Positions 9,256-18,194 are shown, counted from the stretch's first letter. The stretch: 64,000 nt of DNA from an uncultured Thermoleophilia bacterium (GCA_963702475.1 CAVPCT010000001.1:156347-220346), one strand, 5' to 3'. Numbers and translations: made by a program. The notes: a model not told the origin generated them from the sequence alone.

Positions 9256-9693
9256 ATGGGTACGATCTCGCTCACCGCTGAAGAGCTCAACGGCCGCAGG
9301 CTTCTGGACGAGACGGGCCGGGACATCGGCCCGATCGCCGACCTGTACGTGGACGGCGACGGCAGGCCGCATTGGCTTCTCGTCGACACGGGCTTCTTTC
9401 CGGGCTTTCGCAGCGTGATCCCGGTCACCGACGTCCTCGTGACCGACCGCGGCCTGGAGGTCCACTACGGCATGGAGAAGCTCACCGGGGCGCCCAACTG
9501 CATGAAGGACAAGGACTACGCCGCGCACCGCGAGGGGCGACTCTACGACTACTACGGGCTCGAGGCGCCGGAGGCGGTCCGGGACGCCGCCAGGCACGGC
9601 GTCGGCGAAGACCTCCTGCTGCCGCCCAGTGCCCTGTGCCGCTACTCCACGCTCTCGTGCGAGAACAAGCCGGTGGAGTTCGAGGCCGAGTAG
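9256..9693 (+). CDS. PRC-barrel domain protein
   Basis: The pattern GRRLLDETGRDIGPIADLYVDGDGRPHWLLVDTG is typical of PRC-barrel proteins. RBS GGGAGGA lies before ATG 9256. Confidence 0.6.
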   Translation: MGTISLTAEELNGRRLLDETGRDIGPIADLYVDGDGRPHWLLVDTGFFPGFRSVIPVTDVLVTDRGLEVHYGMEKLTGAPNCMKDKDYAAHREGRLYDYYGLEAPEAVRDAARHGVGEDLLLPPSALCRYSTLSCENKPVEFEAE

Positions 9694-9734
9694 CCGCACC
9701 CTGGCCCGTCTCACCCCCAGCCTGTAGGGTTGCG

Positions 9735-9748
9735 TGAACGAACGTTCA
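9735..9748. promoter_or_regulatory. 14-bp palindrome TGAACGAACGTTCA, candidate TetR operator
   Basis: Perfect inverted repeat TGAACG-AA-CGTTCA, 28 nt upstream of the TetR-family gene start. Confidence 0.4.
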
Positions 9749-9775
9749 GTCAGTCTTCCTGGCGGAGGGCGGCGG

Positions 9776-10399
9776 GTGATCGGGAGGCCGATGCGGCGCG
9801 AGGAGAAGGCGCGGATCAGGCGGCGAGAGATGCTGGTCGCCTACTATGAGGTCCTGCTGGAGGAGGGGCTGACCGGTGCCTCCGTGGCCAAGGTCGCCGC
9901 CTGCGCCGGCGCGCCTCCGAGCCTGCTCATCCACTACTTCGGCACCAAGGAGCAGATGACCATCGAGCTGGTGGACTACCTGCTCGAGCGGTACCACGAG
10001 GCCTGCGGCGCCGGGCTGGAGAGCATCACCGACCCGCTCGAGCGGCTGTACGCCATCGTCGGAGAGCTCTTCAGCGTCGAGTACCACCAGCTCCTCGACG
10101 ACCGGGCATTCTACGCCCTCTTCTACGTGAGCCTCACACATCCGACGGTGCGGCGCGCCTTCGCCCGCGTCTACGAAGACTCGCTCGGGCTCATCGAGCG
10201 CGCCGTCGGTGACTGCATGGCCGCCGGGCTGCTGCCGGCCGACGACCCTCACGAGCTCGCCGTCACGCTCAAGGCGCTCGAGGAGGGCTACGCCTTTCTG
10301 ATCGGTGGCGGCGCCGACGAAGCGGCCAAGGCCGAGATCGGCGCCGTCCTGCGCGCACGGGCGTTGCACCTGCTGGGCCTGCCGCCGCGTCCCGTCTGA
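9776..10399 (+). CDS. TetR-family transcriptional regulator
   Basis: HTH region LTGASVAKVAACAGAPPSLLIHYFGTKEQM. GTG 9776 follows RBS GGAGGG with 6-nt spacing. ATG 9791 is the alternative start. Confidence 0.8.
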   Translation: MIGRPMRREEKARIRRREMLVAYYEVLLEEGLTGASVAKVAACAGAPPSLLIHYFGTKEQMTIELVDYLLERYHEACGAGLESITDPLERLYAIVGELFSVEYHQLLDDRAFYALFYVSLTHPTVRRAFARVYEDSLGLIERAVGDCMAAGLLPADDPHELAVTLKALEEGYAFLIGGGADEAAKAEIGAVLRARALHLLGLPPRPV

Positions 10400-10569
10400 A
10401 CGCCGCCGCCGGAGGTGGCCAGTCGCCTCATCCGCGGCGCCGGTCAAGCGGGCCGGCCAGAAGTGGACGCAGGGCAACGGCGGCACGGCGACGCTGAGGT
10501 TCACGGGGCCTGCCGCCGGGGACGGGGGCGCTGGTCGTCGTCGACCAGCCGCCCGCCCCGTCGCGTCGG

Positions 10570-11406
10570 TCAGTCGAGACCGAGGCGCCGCAGATCGTCC
10601 TCGTCGGCGCCGAAGTAGTGGGCCGTCTCGTGCAGGACGGTGATGCGGATCTGCTCGGCCAGGTCCTGCTCGTCCGCGGCCTCGCGCTCCAGGTTCCGCT
10701 GGAACAGCTGGATGAGCGTGAGCCCCTGCGCCCCGAGCAGCGACTGGTCGGGCATCGCGGTGCCCTCGAAGAGGCCGACGAGGGTCCTGGGGTCCAGGCC
10801 GTCACGGACCATGTCCTCCGTGGGCCGGTCCTCCATGAGGATGGGCACGTTGGCCAGGTGGTGCCGCACCTCCGCCGGCAGCTCTTCGAACGCCGCGTCG
10901 GCGATCTCCTGGAAACGGTCGGCGCTGATGAGCGTGTCCTCGCCGTCGATCGAGGCGTCGAGGCGCAGGACCGCGAGCCACTCCGCGACCATGCGCTTGA
11001 AGTCGCCCCGCTCTTCGTACGCGACGCCCAGCAGGTGCCTGGCGTCGGCCTCCGCCTCAGGCTCCATCTCGCGCTCCTTCAGAACCCCCTCCAGGAGACG
11101 GACGGCTCTGCGCGGCTCCCCGAGATCGAGGTGCACCTCGGCGCATCCCAGCTGCGGCTCGATGTCGTCCGGCTCCACTTCGCTCCAGCGCCGGTACGCC
11201 TCGAGGGCGTCCTCCGGGCGGTCGTCGGCCAGGGCGTATTCGGCCGCCAGCTCGAGCACGTCCGGGTGGTCGGGCGCAGCGTTCCGCGCGCTTTCGAGGG
11301 CTCGCTCAGCCACCTCGAGGTCGTCCTCATCCAGGGCTTCCCATGCCCGCTGGAGGTGCCTCCGTATCGCTGCGGGGAGCGTGGTCTCGTCGTCCACGGT
11401 CGCCAC
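10570..11406 (-). CDS. TPR + Zincin_1 (DUF1025-type) putative metallopeptidase with intact HExxH
   Basis: The C-terminus ITVLHETAHYFGADEDDLRRLGLD matches the minimal zincin family signature. The N-terminal half is made of acidic TPR-like repeats. Confidence 0.7.
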   Translation of the reverse strand: MATVDDETTLPAAIRRHLQRAWEALDEDDLEVAERALESARNAAPDHPDVLELAAEYALADDRPEDALEAYRRWSEVEPDDIEPQLGCAEVHLDLGEPRRAVRLLEGVLKEREMEPEAEADARHLLGVAYEERGDFKRMVAEWLAVLRLDASIDGEDTLISADRFQEIADAAFEELPAEVRHHLANVPILMEDRPTEDMVRDGLDPRTLVGLFEGTAMPDQSLLGAQGLTLIQLFQRNLEREAADEQDLAEQIRITVLHETAHYFGADEDDLRRLGLD

Positions 11407-11410
11407 CGGG

Positions 11411-12241
11411 TCAGTTGAGCCCGAACTGCAGGAGCTCGCCTTCGTCGGCGCCGAAGTAGCGTGCCGTCTCCTGCAGGACGGTGCTGCGGATCTGTTCGGC
11501 CAGGTCTTCTTCGTCTTCGGCCTCGCGCTCGAGGTTGCGCTGGAACAGGTGGATCAATCCGGCGTCGGGCCCCCCCTCGGGGACCTGGGCCCGGCCGCCG
11601 GTGACGATGCCGTGGAACAATCCCAGAGTCCGCGGGTCGAGTCCCTCGAGTACGAGCGCCTCGGAGGGCCGGTCCTCGACGAAGATGGGCACGTTGCGCA
11701 GGCGCCTCAGCACCTGCTGCGGAAGCTCCTCGAGTGCGTCCTCGGCCACCTCCGAGAATCTGCCGGGGTCCAGCAGCCGCTCCGGCGGGTCGTTGGCGGC
11801 GTCCAGGCGGAGCACGGCGAGCCACTCGGTGATCGTGCCCTTGCGGTCGCCCTTCTCCTCGCAGGCCTCGCCCAGCAGGTGCCGGGCGTCGGCCTCGTCC
11901 AGCGGGTCGAGCTCGAAGTCGGCGAGCAGCTCGCGGAGCAGGCGCGCCGCCTCGGCCGGTTCGCCGTTGTCCAGGTACACCTCGGCGCTGCCGATCCACG
12001 GGCCGGCGTCGTCCGGGTCCGCTTCGCTCCAGCGCCTGAAGGCCTCGAGGGCGTCGTCCGGGCGCTCGTCGGCCAACGCGTACTCGGCCTCCAGCTCGAG
12101 GACGGCCGGGTCGTCGGGTGCGGCGTCCTTCGCGTACTCGAGCGCTTGCTGAGCCGCGTCGAGGTCGCCCTCGTCGAGGGCGTCCCAGGCGTCGTCCACG
12201 TGCCGTTGGGTCTCAGGGTCCAAGGGTGTCTCGTCGTCCAC
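11411..12241 (-). CDS. TPR + Zincin_1 paralog with a degenerate active site (QETAR instead of HETAH)
   Basis: Collinear with the downstream paralog over the full length. The corresponding motif reads STVLQETARYFGADEGELLQFGLN. The GTG start lies 6 nt downstream of a TATAGT box. Confidence 0.7.
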   Translation of the reverse strand: MDDETPLDPETQRHVDDAWDALDEGDLDAAQQALEYAKDAAPDDPAVLELEAEYALADERPDDALEAFRRWSEADPDDAGPWIGSAEVYLDNGEPAEAARLLRELLADFELDPLDEADARHLLGEACEEKGDRKGTITEWLAVLRLDAANDPPERLLDPGRFSEVAEDALEELPQQVLRRLRNVPIFVEDRPSEALVLEGLDPRTLGLFHGIVTGGRAQVPEGGPDAGLIHLFQRNLEREAEDEEDLAEQIRSTVLQETARYFGADEGELLQFGLN

Positions 12242-12368
12242 GGCCCAACTATACCCGCAGGCGCCGGGAAGTGGTGTCCTTCACGGGAAGGTGTCGCTGT
12301 GGGCCCGCGTCCGCCCTTCGTCATGACCGGGTCGCACGCCGCGGCATGCGCCCGGCGCACGGCCCGGA

Positions 12369-12398
12369 ATGACGCGCCGTCCGGCCCTCTGATATAAG
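12369..12398 (+). promoter_or_regulatory. promoter candidate (ATGACG, 18 nt, TATAAG) giving a leaderless or near-leaderless transcript of the 1488-aa gene
   Basis: TATAAG at 12393-12398 ends 7 nt before GTG 12406. No Shine-Dalgarno sequence lies in between. Confidence 0.35.
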
Positions 12399-12405
12399 CA
12401 GCATC

Positions 12406-15400
12406 GTGGCAGTCCCCGCGCGCACCCCCAGGAACGAGACGAGCGACGGCGCGCCGTGCGCCGCCGGCTCGGGCGCCCTGTTCGCCGGCGTCGACATCGG
12501 CAAGGTCACGACCTGCCTTGCGCTCGTCGAGCGCACGGCTGCGGGCGGGCTCGAGGTCGTCGCCACCCACGCCGAGCGGCACCTGGGTGAGCCGCTGGCG
12601 CCCTTCGTGCGCTGGTACCGGACGCTCGATCACGGGCGGCTCGCCGGTCTCGCGGCCACCGGCGTCTACGGCGACCGGCTGGGCGGGCCTGCCCTCGGGG
12701 GCGTGCCGGAGGAGATCGCCCAGGAGACCGCCGCCGCCTGGTTCTACCCGGAGGGGCCGCTCAACGTGGTACGCGTGGGCGGCGGCGGCTACTCGGTGCT
12801 CACCCGGGACGCCCGCGGGCTCGTGGGCTACGAGGCCAACGAGCGCTGCTCCGCCGGCACGGGCGAGACTGTGGAGGGTCTCTGCACGCGGCTCGGCCGC
12901 GGTCTCGAGGAGGCCGTCGCGGCGGCCGAGGCCAGCCCCGACGGTGTCACCGTGACCAGCCGCTGTGCCGTGTTCGCCAAGAGCGAGCTGACGCACTTCG
13001 CCAACCAGGGTGAGCCGCACGGCCGCATCTTCAAGGGCCTGTTCGCCGGCGTGGCCCGCAACGTGCACAGCCTGTACGACAAGAGCAAGGTCGACGGCCC
13101 CGTCGTCCTCGTGGGACACGGCGCCCTCATCGGTCCCGTCGCGAGCGGCATCGCCGAGCTGAGCGAGGCGCCGGTGACGGTAGCGCCGGAGGCCGGCGTG
13201 TTCGAGGCGCTGGGGGCGGCGGCGTTCGCCGCCGCGGCGGCGCCGGTCACACTTCCGGCCGACCCGGCCGCGCTCGTGCGGCCGGCGCGGTCGCGGATCG
13301 CGCGTCTCGAGCCGGCCGTCGCCGGGCCGGGCAGCGTGCACCGGCTCCACGACGCCGTCGCGGCCGGGGCCGGTGACGAGGAGGCGCTCGCACGGCCGGC
13401 CGTGCTCGGCCTGGACCTCGGTTCGACCGGGTCGAAGGCGGCCCTGCTCGACCTGGAGACCGGCGCCACCTTGGCCAGCGTCTACAGGCGCACGGAGGGC
13501 AATCCGGTGGAGGCGGCACAGGCGCTGGTCGCCGAGGTCGGCGAGCGGCACCCGGCACCGGTGGTGGGCGTCGGCGTCACCGGCTCGGGGCGCGACGCGG
13601 CGGCGGCTGTGTTCCGCGCGGCCTTCCCCGATCTCGGAGACCGTCTCACCGTGGAGAACGAGATCGTCGCGCACGCCGTCGCCGCCGCCCGGTTCGACCC
13701 GGACGGCGGTCGCAGCCTGTCCATCGTCGAGATCGGCGGCCAGGACGCCAAGTTCATCAACGTCGAGGGTGGCCGCGTGGTGGACGCCGACATGAACCGC
13801 GTGTGCAGCGCCGGCACCGGCTCGTTCCTGGAGGAGCAGGCGCAGGCCCACGGCGTGGACGACATCGTGGAGTTCGGCCGCCTCGCCGCCCTGAGTGACG
13901 GACCTCCGGACCTGGGCCAGACGTGTACCGTGTTCGTGGCCGACGTGGCCACGGAGGCGCTGAACGACGGGTACTCGCGCGAGGACATCTTCGCCGGCCT
14001 TCAGCACTCGGTGGTGCGCAACTACCGCAGCAGGGTGATGGGGCAGCGGCGCCTGCTGGACCGGGTCTTCTTCCAGGGCAAGCCGGCCACCGACCCGGCC
14101 CTGGCGCGGACGGTCGCCGCCGTCCTCGAGCGCGAGGTGTACGTGCCGGCCGACCCGGGCGCCATGGGCGCCGTGGGTATCGCTCTGCTGGTGGCCGCCG
14201 CGCTGCAGCGGGACGTGGCTGACGGTGTCGCCGGCGAGCCACTCGCCGCCGTCGACCTGCGGCGCCTGCTCGAGGCAACGGTCGCGGGGCGCCGTGAGTT
14301 CCAGTGCCGCGACCGCGACTGCAGCAACGCGTGCCATCTGGAAGTGGCCGAGATCGACGTGCTCGGCGAACGGCGCAAGGTGGTGAGCGGCGGCCAGTGT
14401 CCCAAGTACGATGACGTCTCGCCGGCCGCCGAGAAGCTGCCGCGCGAGGCGCCCAACCCGTACCGCGAGCGCGAGGAGCTGCTTCGGGGTCTCCTCGATG
14501 AAGAGAAGGGGCGGGCCGTACCGGCCGGCCTCGTGCTCGGCCTTCCGTACGCGCACTACCTCATCGACACGCTGCCGTTCTTCCACACGCTGCTGCGACG
14601 TCTGGGTCACGACGTACGGGTCCTTCGGCCGGGTCCGGGTACCCTGGCCGAGGGCGACCGGCTTTGCGCGGCGCCCGGCGCCTGCGCGCCGGTCAAGCTG
14701 CTGCACGGCTTGGCGGGGACCGGGGTGGACGTGTTCGTGACGCCGCTCTTCGTGCACCTTCCCGTGCCCAACGCCGGCGACGTGACGTACACGTGCCCGA
14801 TGGCGCAGGGCGCCCCGGACATGGTGGCGCGTGCCCTCGCCGCGGAGGGCTCGCCGGTGCGTGTTCTGCGGCCGGTGCTCTTCGAGAAGGAGGGCGAGGA
14901 CTTCGCGGGCGACCGTGCCCGCCGCGCACTGCGGCACGCGGTCGATGCGCTGGCGGAAGTGGCCGGGCGCGCGCCGGCACCGGCCGGTGCGTTCGCGCGG
15001 GCCTACGACGCCGCACTGCACGCGCAACGGCGCTTCGAGGCCGGGTTGCGGAGCATCGGCTCGCGCGCTCTGGCGTGGGCGCGTGAGCACGACTACCCCG
15101 TGGTGCTTGTGGCCGGCGAGACGCACGTCATCCACGACGAGGTGCTGGACGCCGGCATCCACGAGCTCGCGGCGGCCAACGGCGCCCTGCCGCTGCCGGT
15201 GGACTGCTACCCGGTGCCGGCGGAGGTACCGGGCCTGCGTCGCGTGCACTGGGCCAGCGCCGGCCAGACGCTCCGCGCGACCGCGGCCGGCGCGCTGACC
15301 GGCGATGTGTACCCCCTGCTGCTCGGCGCCTACGGCTGCGGCCCCAACTCCATGATCGAGCACCTGTTCGCCGACCTGGTCGACGACTGGCCGCACGCCG

Positions 15401-16872
15401 TGCTCGAGAGTGACGGGCACGGTGGCAAGGCCGGCTACGTGACGCGCGTGCAGGCGTTCCTGCACAGCGTGCGCGCCTGGCGGGCGGCGCACCCGCGCGG
15501 CAGCGGCCCGGCCGCCCTCCCGGAGGCGCGTCTGGAGCGCTTCGACCGGCCGTTGCCGCACAGTCTCGACGCCGGCTACGACCGCTTCTACTTCGGCCAC
15601 GTCGGCGGCGGGCTGGGCGAGCACCTCGCCGCGGCCATGCGCGGCGCCGGGTTCGACGCCTCCTACGTCGGGGAGCCGGATGCGGCGGCGCTGCGCGCCG
15701 CCGGCGCCGCCTGTTCCGGCAAGGAGTGCCTGCCGTACCAGCTCATCTGGGGCAGCTTCGTCCGCTTCCTCGACCGCGAGGCGCAGCGGTTCGAGGGCCG
15801 GCGCGCCCTGTTCCTGAGCGCCGGCAACGGCTTCCAGGCCTGCCGCGCCAACATCTTCCCGTACACCGTGCAGATGTCGCTGGAGCGCCTCGGCCTTGGC
15901 GACCGCGTCGAGGTCGCCGATTTCAGCCTGGTCACCGGCAACGTGCGCATGATGCCCGTCGTGTGGATCGCCCTGGTCGCGGTCGACCTGCTCAACATGC
16001 TGCGCTTCTACCACCTCGCCACGGAACGTGTGCGCGGCGACTCCGACGCGCTGTTCGAGCAGTACTCCGCGCGGCTGGTGGCGATGCTGGAGCAGCCGCG
16101 CCCCGACAAGGGGGCCGCAGGCAACGTCGCCGGGGCCTTCGCCTTCTGCGCCGAGGTCGAGGAGCTGCTGCACGAGGCCGCGCGTCGCTTCGGGGGCGAG
16201 CCCGGCGACCGGGCGCTCGCCCGCGAACTGCGCGACGTGTACCTGTGCGGTGACCTGTACCTGCGCGTGGACGAGTGGGGCAACGACGACCTGCAGCGCA
16301 AGCTCTCGGACCAGGGCCTGCGTCCCATCTTCGAGCCCTACGGCGCCTTCTTCGAGCTGCTGCAGCTCCGCCAGATCCAGGACGGCGTGCGCCTCAGGAA
16401 GCTGCCTGAGAAGGAGCTCACGCTCCTGACCATGCGGTACGTCGTCGGGCGCCTGGTCAAGGCGGTGCGAGCGGACCATCCCTGGGTCTTCTGGAACGAC
16501 GTGCGCGAAGTCGACCGCGAGAGCCGCCGCCTGGTCGCGCCCTACCCGTTCGGCGAGACGATCCCGGCGGTCGGCGGGGCGCTGCTGACCTGGCGCACGC
16601 AGCCCGTGGACGGCGTCGTCTCCGTGGCGCCACGCGGGTGCGGGCCGGCGCTGGTCGCCGAGGCCCAGCTTCGGCGCGAGGCCGGCCTGCCGGCGCTCTT
16701 CATCTACAACGACGGCGACCCCATCGACGAGGCGCGCCTCGCCGGCTTCGCCTGGCGGCTGCACTCGCGCCCGCCGCGCCGCCGCGGGAACAGCAGCGGC
16801 GGTCCGGCGTCCGGCGGCGCCGGCCCGGCGCGCCGCCTCGCCGCCCCGGCGGGCGCTGCCCGCCGCGCCTGA
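12406..16872 (+). CDS. acyl-CoA dehydratase activase-related multidomain protein (2x BcrAD/BadFG ATPase + DUF2229 + HgdD-like)
   Basis: Two activase modules are present, each with cluster-ligand contexts (NERCSAGTGETVE/TSRCAVFAKSE and NRVCSAGTGSFLEE/GQTCTVFVADV). A Cys-rich linker follows (FQCRDRDCSNACH...GGQCPKYD), then a DUF2229-like and HgdD-like C-terminal half (CSGKECLPYQL). Confidence 0.85.
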   Translation: MAVPARTPRNETSDGAPCAAGSGALFAGVDIGKVTTCLALVERTAAGGLEVVATHAERHLGEPLAPFVRWYRTLDHGRLAGLAATGVYGDRLGGPALGGVPEEIAQETAAAWFYPEGPLNVVRVGGGGYSVLTRDARGLVGYEANERCSAGTGETVEGLCTRLGRGLEEAVAAAEASPDGVTVTSRCAVFAKSELTHFANQGEPHGRIFKGLFAGVARNVHSLYDKSKVDGPVVLVGHGALIGPVASGIAELSEAPVTVAPEAGVFEALGAAAFAAAAAPVTLPADPAALVRPARSRIARLEPAVAGPGSVHRLHDAVAAGAGDEEALARPAVLGLDLGSTGSKAALLDLETGATLASVYRRTEGNPVEAAQALVAEVGERHPAPVVGVGVTGSGRDAAAAVFRAAFPDLGDRLTVENEIVAHAVAAARFDPDGGRSLSIVEIGGQDAKFINVEGGRVVDADMNRVCSAGTGSFLEEQAQAHGVDDIVEFGRLAALSDGPPDLGQTCTVFVADVATEALNDGYSREDIFAGLQHSVVRNYRSRVMGQRRLLDRVFFQGKPATDPALARTVAAVLEREVYVPADPGAMGAVGIALLVAAALQRDVADGVAGEPLAAVDLRRLLEATVAGRREFQCRDRDCSNACHLEVAEIDVLGERRKVVSGGQCPKYDDVSPAAEKLPREAPNPYREREELLRGLLDEEKGRAVPAGLVLGLPYAHYLIDTLPFFHTLLRRLGHDVRVLRPGPGTLAEGDRLCAAPGACAPVKLLHGLAGTGVDVFVTPLFVHLPVPNAGDVTYTCPMAQGAPDMVARALAAEGSPVRVLRPVLFEKEGEDFAGDRARRALRHAVDALAEVAGRAPAPAGAFARAYDAALHAQRRFEAGLRSIGSRALAWAREHDYPVVLVAGETHVIHDEVLDAGIHELAAANGALPLPVDCYPVPAEVPGLRRVHWASAGQTLRATAAGALTGDVYPLLLGAYGCGPNSMIEHLFADLVDDWPHAVLESDGHGGKAGYVTRVQAFLHSVRAWRAAHPRGSGPAALPEARLERFDRPLPHSLDAGYDRFYFGHVGGGLGEHLAAAMRGAGFDASYVGEPDAAALRAAGAACSGKECLPYQLIWGSFVRFLDREAQRFEGRRALFLSAGNGFQACRANIFPYTVQMSLERLGLGDRVEVADFSLVTGNVRMMPVVWIALVAVDLLNMLRFYHLATERVRGDSDALFEQYSARLVAMLEQPRPDKGAAGNVAGAFAFCAEVEELLHEAARRFGGEPGDRALARELRDVYLCGDLYLRVDEWGNDDLQRKLSDQGLRPIFEPYGAFFELLQLRQIQDGVRLRKLPEKELTLLTMRYVVGRLVKAVRADHPWVFWNDVREVDRESRRLVAPYPFGETIPAVGGALLTWRTQPVDGVVSVAPRGCGPALVAEAQLRREAGLPALFIYNDGDPIDEARLAGFAWRLHSRPPRRRGNSSGGPASGGAGPARRLAAPAGAARRA

Positions 16873-16912
16873 GCCGTCCCGCCCCGAGCCCTTGACGTCC
16901 AGAGGAGGACCA

Positions 16913-18184
16913 GTGGCCGACTACCTGAAGAAGGCGACCCCGCCGGCCCCGGCCGACGAGCAGGCCGTGCGCGACACGGTGAGCGAGATCCTGCGGCGCG
17001 TGCGGGAGGAGGGCCTGGCGGCTGTGCGCGACTACTCGCACCGCTTCGACGGCTGGGATCCGCCCTCGTTCAGGGTGGATGAGGCCGAGATCACGGCGGC
17101 GCGCGACAAGCTCGCCCCCGAGGTCCTGGCATCCCTCGAGTTCGCGCACGCACAGGTGAGACACTTCGCCGAGCTGCAGCGCGCCAGCATGCTGGAGTTC
17201 GAGGAGGAGACGCGCCCGGGGGTCTTTCTCGGCCAGAAGCACATCCCCGTGGGCAGCGTGGGCGCCTACGTGCCCAGCGGCAAGTACCCGATGCTGATGA
17301 GCGCGCAGATGAGCATCCTCACGGCCAAGGTGGCCGGCGTGCCGCGCGTCGTCGGCTGCGCTCCGCCTTACGGCGGCGCGGGCATCTACCCCGAGGTGCT
17401 GTGGTCCATGCACCTGGCCGGTGCGGACGAGATCTGGGCGGTCGGCGGCGTGCAGGCGCTCGCCATGCTCGCCTACGGCATCGAGGGCCTGGAGCCCGTC
17501 GACCTCGTCGCCGGGCCCGGCAACATGTACGTGGCCGAGGCCAAGCGGCAGCTGTTCGGGACGGTGGGCATCGACCTGCTGGCCGGACCGACCGAGATCC
17601 TCATCATCGCCGACCGGTCGGCCGACCCGGTGATCGTCGCAGCGGACCTTCTCGGCCAGGCGGAGCACGGGCCCACCTCGCCCGCCGTGCTCGTCAGCAC
17701 CTCTCGAGGGCTGGCTGAGGCGACGCTCGCGGAGCTCGATCGCCAGCTGCCGCTGCTGCCGTCCGCCGAGGTCATCCGCACGTCGTGGGGGCAGCTCGGC
17801 GAGGTGATCGTGGCGTCAGACGGCGACGAGGCGGTCGCGCTGGCCGACCGCTACGCGCCGGAGCACCTGGAGGTGCAGACCGCCGACCCTGACTGGTACG
17901 GCGAGCGCCTGCGCAACTACGGCACCCTCTGCCTGGGCGAGGAGGCCACCATCGCGTTCAGCGACAAGGCCATCGGCACCAATCACACCCTGCCGACCGC
18001 CGGGGCCGCCCGCTACACCGGCGGCCTCTGGGTCGGCAAGTTCCTCAAGACCGTCACGTACCAGCGCTGCACCAGGCCCGGCGCCCTGGACATCGCCCCG
18101 CACGCCGGCCTGCTCAGCGACGCTGAGCTCATGCCGGGGCACGCAGCCTCGGCCTACGTGCGCATCGAGAAGTACCGGGACTGA
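16913..18184 (+). CDS. hisD: histidinol dehydrogenase family protein (stand-alone)
   Basis: Motifs GPGNMYVAEAKR, LLGQAEHGPTSP (Zn ligands Q/H), YAPEHLEV (catalytic E/H) and GTNHTLPT. GTG 16913 follows RBS GAGGAGGA. I saw no other his genes in the window. Confidence 0.75.
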   Translation: MADYLKKATPPAPADEQAVRDTVSEILRRVREEGLAAVRDYSHRFDGWDPPSFRVDEAEITAARDKLAPEVLASLEFAHAQVRHFAELQRASMLEFEEETRPGVFLGQKHIPVGSVGAYVPSGKYPMLMSAQMSILTAKVAGVPRVVGCAPPYGGAGIYPEVLWSMHLAGADEIWAVGGVQALAMLAYGIEGLEPVDLVAGPGNMYVAEAKRQLFGTVGIDLLAGPTEILIIADRSADPVIVAADLLGQAEHGPTSPAVLVSTSRGLAEATLAELDRQLPLLPSAEVIRTSWGQLGEVIVASDGDEAVALADRYAPEHLEVQTADPDWYGERLRNYGTLCLGEEATIAFSDKAIGTNHTLPTAGAARYTGGLWVGKFLKTVTYQRCTRPGALDIAPHAGLLSDAELMPGHAASAYVRIEKYRD

Positions 18185-18194
18185 ATCCGCGCGC

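Noticed and set aside
7379-9428. 572-aa (+) and 650-aa (-) ORFs overlapping the C1 peptidase gene
   Set aside because: They lie in alternative frames or on the opposite strand of a gene with an intact papain catalytic triad. Their products are low-complexity.
10400-10569. 170-nt gap after the TetR gene, with ORFs 10305..10643 and 10415..10618
   Set aside because: The translations are Arg/Pro/Ala low-complexity sequence. I saw no RBS, promoter or structure, so this is most likely plain intergenic DNA between convergent genes.
11707-16764. 1685-aa ORF on the minus strand, the longest in the window
   Set aside because: It lies antisense to the 1488-aa BCR/HAD gene. The product is Arg/Gly/Ala/Pro-rich low-complexity sequence with no motifs. 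Such shadow ORFs are expected opposite real genes in very GC-rich DNA.
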